Positions 25,248 through 32,000 of a stretch of 32,000 bases of DNA are shown here, one piece after another (position 1 is the first letter of the stretch; the number at the start of each line of letters is the position of its first letter). Under the pieces are notes generated by a model. The model was not told where the DNA came from, did no database searches, and saw nothing but the letters and a program-made list of their open reading frames with translations. The stretch lies in assembly GCF_018398935.1 (NCBI RefSeq), contig NZ_CP074694.1, positions 1,440,001 to 1,472,000 on the forward strand. Reading direction: 5' to 3'. The stretch comes from Telmatocola sphagniphila. Lineage in GTDB: Bacteria > Planctomycetota > Planctomycetia > Gemmatales > Gemmataceae. A program made the position numbers and the translations under genes.

Positions 25248-25475
25248 TTATTTCGTGGAAGGTCCCGTGGGATCTTCGAGATCCAGAACTTCATCCCGAT
25301 CGGATGTGTGCAGCTCTCTCGGTAACTGATTGGCGACCCGGTGAGGATATCGGCTTGGATCCCCCGTTTGCTGATCGGCCACCTTTCGCATCAGGAAATT
25401 GATCGCTACAAGAGCGATGGCAAACAAAATAGCCACCACAATCCAGAATAGGGTCGATTCCAGCAACTTTTCCAT
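25248..25475 (-). CDS. small single-pass membrane protein (75 aa), function unknown
   Basis: The ATG at 25475 has AAGGAGG 5 nt upstream (the track ORF extends to 25544). It has one hydrophobic helix (STLFWIVVAILFAIALVAINFLM) and an acidic tail. Confidence 0.55.
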   Translation of the reverse strand: MEKLLESTLFWIVVAILFAIALVAINFLMRKVADQQTGDPSRYPHRVANQLPRELHTSDRDEVLDLEDPTGPSTK

Positions 25476-25857
25476 GGCATCCTCCTTGTAGCCCGGCTCG
25501 CAACTCACCGCTGAATTTGGTGCTATTGTAAGCCTATCCAGCATTCCTGCAATTCAAAATTTAATTACGTTACGCTTGAGTCCCAGTTTCAGGCTGGCCA
25601 GAAATTGCCCAGAATCCGCTCAGTAGCCCGATTTCGTACGTTCGAAGTTATCGATCAACGTCAAAAAAAGCATTTGCTATGGCCCAACTTTGTTATGATA
25701 ATCACTGCTTACTCCTACCTGAATGCCGGCTGAAACCATTGTCGGCGCGGACCTGTTGATTCCTCCGTAATTGTTTGTTGGTGCGAATTGGCCTTTGCAA
25801 AAAGTTCGGTTCGAAGTGATTTCGCCCTCTTCATTCATCGCGTTCATCAGGATTGCC

Positions 25858-28800
25858 ATGTATTCATGCCAGCCTAAGAGACCATCCCTTCGCAGAAGCA
25901 CACTAGTTCTTTCACTCCTCGCGATTGTGGCTTCCACCGCTACTCATGGAAGTTCCACTGCCCAAAATGCCGATGGACTCTCCGGGGAATTCAAATCGAA
26001 CATTCAGCCGCTGCTCCAAAAATACTGCTTGGGATGTCATTCGACCAAGTTGAAAAAGGGAAGTCTGGATCTGGAGCGATTCACTTCAGTCGATTTAATT
26101 CGCAGAGATCTCAAACCTTGGCAGCAGCTCATTGAGCAAATCGAAGCACGAGAAATGCCCCCCAAAGATCATGCTCAGCCCAAGAGTGAAGAAATCAAAA
26201 AGATTCTGAGTTGGACGCACGACGTTCTGGAAACAGAGGCCCGCGCGAAATCTGGCGATCCCGGCTATGTGCCGTTAAGGCGATTAAGCAATGCCGAGTA
26301 CGATTACACGATCCGTGATCTGACTGGGGTGGATCTACGTCCTACTCGGGAGTTTCCCGCGGATGGGGCGGCCGGTGAAGGTTTCACCAATGCAGCTGAA
26401 TCATTGACCGATATCTCGCCGACCCTTCTGAATAAGTATTTGAACGCCGCCAAGGATATTTCCGAGCGCGTGGTATTGCTGCCGGAAGGGTTTCGTTTTT
26501 CGCCCTCTAAGGCTCGCCGGGATTGGACCGATGAATCGACGGCGGCCTTACGTGGGTTCTACGCTTCTGTCGTTCCTCCCGATGGAAGTCTCGATTTTGC
26601 GCCTTACTTGCGAGCCACGATTCGATATCGGGATCAAATATTGAATCAGAAAATTTCTCTGGCTGAAGTGGCCGTGAAGGAAAAACTCAATGCCCGCTAT
26701 CTCAGTAAACTTTGGATGACATTGGTTTCCAAGCCGAAGACGATGCCGTTACAAGAGATCGCCGCCGAGTGGTTTACTGCTACCGAGCAGGATGCCAACA
26801 AGTTGATCAACGACATTGCATCCTGGCAGACTAAGCTCTGGAAGACGGCTGCGGTCGGCAGTTACATGCGGAACACCGACTCTGGCTATGCAGTGAATTT
26901 GTCTCGTCAGCACTCGAATGATCCTAAAGTTTCCGAAACGGTTTTGCTCAAGCTGGCAGTTAAGACGTCACCTGGGCAAAGCGATGTAGTAATCAATCTG
27001 ATTGCCGATAGTCTCTCACCCGAAATCCCAGGCGATGTAGTTTGGGAAAAGCCGCGTTTCGAGGGAGCCGGAAAGCCCACCCTGTTACTGAAAGATTATC
27101 CCAACTATGCCGCTCAGTTCGAAGTGGACTATACAACGCTTTTCGCAGACACCGAAAAATACCTTCGGGCTGTTCACACCCTCGCAAATGATCCCAAAAA
27201 CAATTTGGAAGATGTGGCGCAGAAAAATGGATTGGATGCCGCATTTCTGAAACGTTGGGTTGAAGTTCTGTCGTTGGAACCCGCGAGCAAAACAGCTGCT
27301 GTTAAATCCATTCCCGCCGTGCCACTGCAGCTGATGACCGAGAAGAACCCGAATAATCCTGAACAGCCTGCCATCAAAGGTTGGCATAAAAAGGATTCGG
27401 ATCTTCCGGTTTTAGTCTCCAATTCCTCTAACGTAGTGGCTCAAATCCCGGGAAGGGTTTCTGCCCATGGAGTTTCAGTTCACCCCCTGCCCCGCGAGTT
27501 TGTCGCGGTCTCCTGGAAGTGCTCGCAGGATTCGGAGTATGAAGTTTCGGGCCTTGTTGCACATGCTCACCCCACTTGCGGCAACGGCGTCTCCTGGTGG
27601 CTCGAACATCGTCACGGCGAACGAGCAATCGTTCTCGGAAAAGGCAATCTCGACTTGGGCAAAGCGATTCGCCTCCCTTTACAAATGGTCAAGTTACTCG
27701 CTGGGGATTCCCTGGTTCTGGCGGTGGATGCCCGTGATGCGAATCATGTATGCGATCTCACGGAGATCGATCTGAAAATTCAGGATCGCAAGCAACCCAC
27801 TCAGAAATGGATTCTCAGTGCGGATGTGGCCGATACAGTATTGCAAGGCAATCCTCATCCCGACAAGTATGGACACGCCGACGCCTGGAGTTTTGTGTAT
27901 GGGCCCTCGAAAGTACCCTCTGCCAAGCCAGTGATCCCTACTGATTCGATTTTGGGACAGTGGGTGAAAGCTGCTGGCGACCCGGAAGCTCAAAAGGATC
28001 TTGATTCACTGGCGAACAAGGTTCAGAGAATGCTGACTGGACCGCTTCCCAAGGATACCAAAGACCCCAATCGGCAGCTGTACGAACGACTCGAGAGTGG
28101 AGACAGCCCGCTATTCAAGCAAGTCGATATCCTTCGATTAGCAAAACCTGCAAAATCCCCAAAAGCTTATGCTTTAGCCGCGAAGCGATTCGGAAAGCAA
28201 AAGGGAAATATCGAACTTGATGATGGATCCCTTCTGACCGCGAACCAGGAAATTATTTCCATGACTCTGCCAGCCCGACTTTTCGAGGGTCGCGAATTTG
28301 TAGTAGGTGGTCGTTCCCTCAGTAAGGATTCTCTCGTTCAACTGCGAGTGAGTGCGAATGCATCGGGGCACTTGAAGGTATGGGATGGTTCGAGTAGGTT
28401 GCTCGCTGCTCCGAGCAACGCCAACTATCATCGGTTACAAGAGGGGTATCAGGAATTTCGCAACCTCTTTCCTCTCTTTACTTGCTTTCCCCAGGTCGTT
28501 CCGACGGACGAAGTGGTTTCGTTGAAGATGTTTCATCGCGAAGATGAACCGTTATTGAGGTTATTTCTATCACAGGAGCAACGGCAGCAAATTGATCGAC
28601 TCTGGGAGATACATCGCTTCGTCAGCCGACAAGCAATCGCGGAGAACAATTATCTGCCGCAATTCATCGGTTTCGTAACGCAGGATCAACCCAAGGAGAT
28701 GGTAGCCTTCTTCGAAGGCCAGCGCCCGGCTTTTCAGAGGCGAGCGGATGAATTAATGAAAACTCGCGAAGCCGCTATTTTAAGCCAGATGAATTCTCTG

Positions 28801-30033
28801 ATGGAGTTTGCGTCCCGGGCATTTCGAAGGCCCCTTCAGAACAAGGAAATCCAGGATCTTAGGGTACTCTACCAGAAGATTCGGAACAAAGGTGCAGATC
28901 ACGAAGAAGCGTTTCGAAGTGTCCTCAGCCGAATACTGGTTTCGCCGGCTTTTTTGTTCCGGATTGAAAAAGCGAGTGCGGGTAAATCCGCCACGAAAAT
29001 TGACGATTGGGAACTGGCAACACGCCTGAGTTACTTCCTGTGGTCTTCGGCTCCGGATGCGGAACTGCGATCGCTTGCTGAAAAACAATCCCTTCGCGAT
29101 CCTAACGTTCTTGTTGCTCAAGTGCAACGAATGCTCAAGGATGAAAGGGTGCGAGCTCTGGCCATCGAGTTTGGGACACAATGGATCCACGTTCGAGGTT
29201 TCGATGAACTGAGTGAAAAGAACGAAAAGCTCTTCCCCACTTTCGATGCCAATCTCAAATCGGCTATGTACGAAGAAGCGATTCTGCTCTTCAAAGACCT
29301 CTTCCAAAACCATCGCTCGAATACTCAGTTACTGGACGCCGATTTTACCTATCTGAACGAAATCCTGGCGAAACACTACGGTATTCCGGGAGTTCAAGGT
29401 GGAAATTGGAGACGAGTGGAAGGAGTTCGCAAGTATGGTCGAGGAGGTCTGCTGGGCCTCGCCAGTGTTCAAACCAAGCAAGCGGGAGCTTCCCGTTCCA
29501 GCCCCGTACTTCGGGGCAATTGGGTCATAGAAACTCTGCTGGGAGAAAAACTACCCCGTCCCCTCGCGAATGTGCCAAAACTCCCCGAATCGGAAGGCGA
29601 TGGCGGCCTAACGATTCGGCAGCAGGTGGAAAAACATGCGAAGGACGCTTCCTGTGCTGCATGCCACATTCGAATCGACCCCTTTGGTTTCACAATGGAA
29701 AAGTTTGATCCGATCGGCCGTTATCGCGAGAAGGATCTGGCTGGACTTCCCATCGACACGAAGGCGACCCTCAAGGATGGTACGCGCCTCGATGGCATAG
29801 ACGGTTTGCGGAATTACTTGCTCACTGAGAAAAAGGATATTTTCGTACGGCTGTTCTGTAAAAGACTTCTGGGTTACGCCCTGGGCCGTTCGGTGGCCCT
29901 GTCGGATGAACAACTTCTGGACGAAATGGTGCGGGAGATGAATCGAAATCAAGGAGATATCTCCACGGCGATTCAAGTGATAGTTCGAAGTTCGCAATTT
30001 GGAATGATACGTGGAGCGGATTACGGCGACTGA
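25858..30033 (+). CDS. large PSCyt/DUF1587/DUF1595/DUF1592/DUF1588/DUF1585-family protein with two CxxCH haem-binding motifs
   Basis: The ATG at 25858 opens a signal-like segment (RRSTLVLSLLAIVAST). CLGCH (26026-40) lies in a planctomycete cytochrome-c-type head. DUF1587-like RRLSNAEYDYTIRDL; DUF1595/1592-like RAFRRPL...SPAFLFRIE and LATRLSYFLWSSAPDAEL; DUF1588-like SSPVLRGNWV; CAACH (29653-67) + IDPFGF (DUF1585-like). Confidence 0.9.
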   Translation: MYSCQPKRPSLRRSTLVLSLLAIVASTATHGSSTAQNADGLSGEFKSNIQPLLQKYCLGCHSTKLKKGSLDLERFTSVDLIRRDLKPWQQLIEQIEAREMPPKDHAQPKSEEIKKILSWTHDVLETEARAKSGDPGYVPLRRLSNAEYDYTIRDLTGVDLRPTREFPADGAAGEGFTNAAESLTDISPTLLNKYLNAAKDISERVVLLPEGFRFSPSKARRDWTDESTAALRGFYASVVPPDGSLDFAPYLRATIRYRDQILNQKISLAEVAVKEKLNARYLSKLWMTLVSKPKTMPLQEIAAEWFTATEQDANKLINDIASWQTKLWKTAAVGSYMRNTDSGYAVNLSRQHSNDPKVSETVLLKLAVKTSPGQSDVVINLIADSLSPEIPGDVVWEKPRFEGAGKPTLLLKDYPNYAAQFEVDYTTLFADTEKYLRAVHTLANDPKNNLEDVAQKNGLDAAFLKRWVEVLSLEPASKTAAVKSIPAVPLQLMTEKNPNNPEQPAIKGWHKKDSDLPVLVSNSSNVVAQIPGRVSAHGVSVHPLPREFVAVSWKCSQDSEYEVSGLVAHAHPTCGNGVSWWLEHRHGERAIVLGKGNLDLGKAIRLPLQMVKLLAGDSLVLAVDARDANHVCDLTEIDLKIQDRKQPTQKWILSADVADTVLQGNPHPDKYGHADAWSFVYGPSKVPSAKPVIPTDSILGQWVKAAGDPEAQKDLDSLANKVQRMLTGPLPKDTKDPNRQLYERLESGDSPLFKQVDILRLAKPAKSPKAYALAAKRFGKQKGNIELDDGSLLTANQEIISMTLPARLFEGREFVVGGRSLSKDSLVQLRVSANASGHLKVWDGSSRLLAAPSNANYHRLQEGYQEFRNLFPLFTCFPQVVPTDEVVSLKMFHREDEPLLRLFLSQEQRQQIDRLWEIHRFVSRQAIAENNYLPQFIGFVTQDQPKEMVAFFEGQRPAFQRRADELMKTREAAILSQMNSLMEFASRAFRRPLQNKEIQDLRVLYQKIRNKGADHEEAFRSVLSRILVSPAFLFRIEKASAGKSATKIDDWELATRLSYFLWSSAPDAELRSLAEKQSLRDPNVLVAQVQRMLKDERVRALAIEFGTQWIHVRGFDELSEKNEKLFPTFDANLKSAMYEEAILLFKDLFQNHRSNTQLLDADFTYLNEILAKHYGIPGVQGGNWRRVEGVRKYGRGGLLGLASVQTKQAGASRSSPVLRGNWVIETLLGEKLPRPLANVPKLPESEGDGGLTIRQQVEKHAKDASCAACHIRIDPFGFTMEKFDPIGRYREKDLAGLPIDTKATLKDGTRLDGIDGLRNYLLTEKKDIFVRLFCKRLLGYALGRSVALSDEQLLDEMVREMNRNQGDISTAIQVIVRSSQFGMIRGADYGD

Positions 30034-30094
30034 TTCTATTAGCGACTAAACTTCAAGGTACGCACAGCCAAGAATCGTGCGAAAGGTGAGAATT

Positions 30095-31399
30095 ATGAAC
30101 ACAATACAACCGCTTTCACGCCGATCTTTTTTGAAGGGTGTGGGCGTCAGCATGGCTTTGCCCTGGCTGGAGTCCGTTCCTGTTTGGGGGGATGATAAAC
30201 AAAAAAATTCAGCTTCTGAACCTCCAGTCCGATTTGCATGCCTCTTTTCCGGTAACGGCTTCCATTCCCGAGAATGGTGGGCGAAGGGCGAAGGTAAGGA
30301 TATGCAACTGGGGAAAGTTCTGGATCCTCTGCTGCCGCACCGCGACAAAGTGCTATTCTTGCGAGGGTTATACAATCAGGAAGCATTGATTGGTGGTATA
30401 CATAGCTGCCAGACGGGAAACCTGCTGACGGGAGCTCACCTCTCTCCCGCGGGCGAAATCAAATCGGGTGTCAGCTGCGATCAGGTCGTAGCCGAGCGCA
30501 TGAAATCGCAGACTAAAGTTCCGAGCCTTGTTCTTGGGTGCGAACCTTCCATCGCGGCCATTCACAAAAATTATTCGATGATTTATAGCTCGCACATTTC
30601 CTGGAGCTCTCCTACCACTCCCACACCGTTGGAACTCTACCCGAGCTTGGCTTTCGATCGGTTGTTCCGAGATCAGGTGGGACGCGCCGACAAAAGCGTG
30701 CTGGATGCCGTGATCGAAGACTCCAATGGTTTACGCAAAAATATCAGTAAGTCGGATCAGCATCGACTCGATGAATATTTATCGTCCGTTCGGGAAGTGG
30801 AGCAACGGATCGATCAGGCAGGCAAAGCGGGACGGCTTCAAGGATGGCGACCCACCCTCACGAAACCCGATATTCCTCGTCCGGCAGATGGCGTTCCGCA
30901 GGATATCGACCAGCATATGCGGCTGATGTGCGATATTATGGTGCTGGCTTTCCGAACCGATACGACTCGCGTTTGCACGCTGAAATTGAATAACGATCAC
31001 TCCTCGCTGCGATTTCCGCATCTGAAAGTCGATTACATGATCCACCACCTATTGTCGCACACGGACGGTGACGACTGGTTGAAGGTCAATCGTTTTTTCC
31101 TGCAGCAACTCGCTTATATCGCCGATAAGCTCGATAAAGTTCAGGAGGGCGAGAGGACCTTACTCGACAACAGTATGATTCTCTACTGTTCGAGTATGAT
31201 GACGGGGAATCACAACAACGATCAACTCCCCGTGGTCATGGTCGGTCGCGGGGGAGGTCAGATCAAAACGGGCAGAATTCTCGATTACTCGAATAAGCCG
31301 AATCGCAAAATGTGCAGCCTGTATCTCTCGATGATGGACAAATCCGGCGTTCATCTGGATAGCTTTGGCGATTCAAAAGAGCGATTGGCGGAAATTTGA
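30095..31399 (+). CDS. DUF1552 domain protein with twin-arginine signal (partner of DUF1592-family proteins)
   Basis: ATG at 30095 (AAAGGTGAG upstream) opens MNTIQPLSRRSFLKGVGVSMALPWLES, the canonical DUF1552 N-terminus. It lies 61 nt after the upstream gene. The later blocks HSCQTGNLLTG and LLSHTDG fit the family as I remember it. Confidence 0.9.
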   Translation: MNTIQPLSRRSFLKGVGVSMALPWLESVPVWGDDKQKNSASEPPVRFACLFSGNGFHSREWWAKGEGKDMQLGKVLDPLLPHRDKVLFLRGLYNQEALIGGIHSCQTGNLLTGAHLSPAGEIKSGVSCDQVVAERMKSQTKVPSLVLGCEPSIAAIHKNYSMIYSSHISWSSPTTPTPLELYPSLAFDRLFRDQVGRADKSVLDAVIEDSNGLRKNISKSDQHRLDEYLSSVREVEQRIDQAGKAGRLQGWRPTLTKPDIPRPADGVPQDIDQHMRLMCDIMVLAFRTDTTRVCTLKLNNDHSSLRFPHLKVDYMIHHLLSHTDGDDWLKVNRFFLQQLAYIADKLDKVQEGERTLLDNSMILYCSSMMTGNHNNDQLPVVMVGRGGGQIKTGRILDYSNKPNRKMCSLYLSMMDKSGVHLDSFGDSKERLAEI

Positions 31400-31411
31400 T
31401 AGTTTGGAAGT

Positions 31412-32000
31412 TCACTGAGCGGTCCAACCGCCATCGATGACCAGGGTTTGGCCCGTGATGTTGCGGGCTAACGGACTGATCAGAAAATTCACAGCCCATA
31501 CTAACTCTTCTATTTCTATGAATCGCTTTTTGGGACAGGGCGCCAGCATGACTTTCTCGACAACTTCCTGTTCCGAAATGTTTCTCGTTCGGGCTTGATC
31601 GGCAATCTGCTTCTCTACCAAAGCGGTTCGGACATAGGCAGGGCAGAGGACGTTGCTGGTGATATCGCAGTTGCCAGTTTCCAAAGCCACCGTCTTGGAA
31701 AAGCCGACAATTGCATGTTTGGCCGCGACGTAAGCGGATTTGAAGGGCGATGCCACCAGAGAATGGATGGAGCCGATGTGAATCAATCGGCCGAAGCCCC
31801 GCTCGCGCATTCCGGGCAACAACGCCTGTGTCATCTGAAAAGTTCCTTTCACCATAACAGAGGTGAGCAGATCCCATTTTTCGATGGGAAATTCTTCCAG
31901 AGTGGAGATGCACTGCAATCCCGCGTTGTTAATTAGAACGCTGATAGGCCAGTTTTGAGCCAGCATTTGTGAAATCTGTGTTAAGTCCGTCACGTCGAGT
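31412..32000 (-). CDS. 3-hydroxybutyrate dehydrogenase-like classical SDR, 5'-partial (N-terminus beyond window end)
   Basis: The frame stays open to base 32000. NNAGLQ...EEFPIEKWD, catalytic S...YVAAKH, CPAYVRTALVEKQI and the terminal VIDGGWTAQ closely follow the BdhA-type pattern. About 65 N-terminal residues, including the Rossmann motif, are missing. Confidence 0.85.
   Translation of the reverse strand, partial: LDVTDLTQISQMLAQNWPISVLINNAGLQCISTLEEFPIEKWDLLTSVMVKGTFQMTQALLPGMRERGFGRLIHIGSIHSLVASPFKSAYVAAKHAIVGFSKTVALETGNCDITSNVLCPAYVRTALVEKQIADQARTRNISEQEVVEKVMLAPCPKKRFIEIEELVWAVNFLISPLARNITGQTLVIDGGWTAQ

Noticed and set aside
25595-25609. Sigma-54-like motifs with wrong spacing: TGGCCAgaaaTTGCC at 25595-25609 (+) and TGGCAAtaatTTGCG on the minus strand at 18416-18430.
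   Set aside because: The GG and GC elements are separated by 9 nt, not 10, and sigma-54 promoters tolerate almost no spacing change. Both also lie ~250 nt from the nearest start codon.
1-32000. Search for CRISPR arrays, IS elements or transposases, integrases, phage genes, toxin-antitoxin pairs and rRNA.
   Set aside because: None of the ORFs carries DDE, tyrosine-recombinase or serine-recombinase motifs. I saw no regularly spaced direct repeats or terminal inverted repeats. The window looks like core chromosomal DNA rather than a mobile island.

Overview
Gene-dense, chromosomal-looking window whose proteins point to a Planctomycetota genome: a DUF1559 prepilin-like protein, a PSCyt/DUF1587/DUF1592/DUF1588/DUF1585 giant protein with its DUF1552 partner, a tandem-DUF1080 protein next to a TAT-exported Gfo/Idh/MocA oxidoreductase, and a TIGR03067-like protein. 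I support 25 CDS (two cut by the window edges), four hairpin terminators, one sigma-70-like promoter with an embedded palindrome, and three sigma-54-type (-24/-12) promoter matches. I found no rRNA, tRNA, CRISPR array, transposase, integrase or long repeat. Many ORF-track starts are over-extended (TTG/GTG read as M); I trimmed them to starts with Shine-Dalgarno support and signal peptides. Three things deserve a second look. (1) A translationally coupled five-gene minus-strand operon (8717->3228) encodes an SDR thioester-reductase::SCP2 fusion, an alpha/beta hydrolase, a LuxE/PaaK-like adenylating enzyme, an MqnA/MqnD paralogue and a class-III aminotransferase. I read it as an uncharacterised carboxylate -> aldehyde -> amine pathway on a hydrophobic substrate. 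(2) Sigma-54-type promoters cluster at 20.0-22.8 kb. They tie together a HAD-IIB::HerA-like P-loop ATPase fusion, a secreted TIGR03067-like protein, and a four-helix-bundle protein followed by a GT20 sugar-phosphate synthase. (3) An unusually long dihaem-motif DUF1592-family protein (~760 unassigned central residues) sits next to its DUF1552 partner. All family calls come from motif recognition by eye and need HMM or BLAST confirmation.
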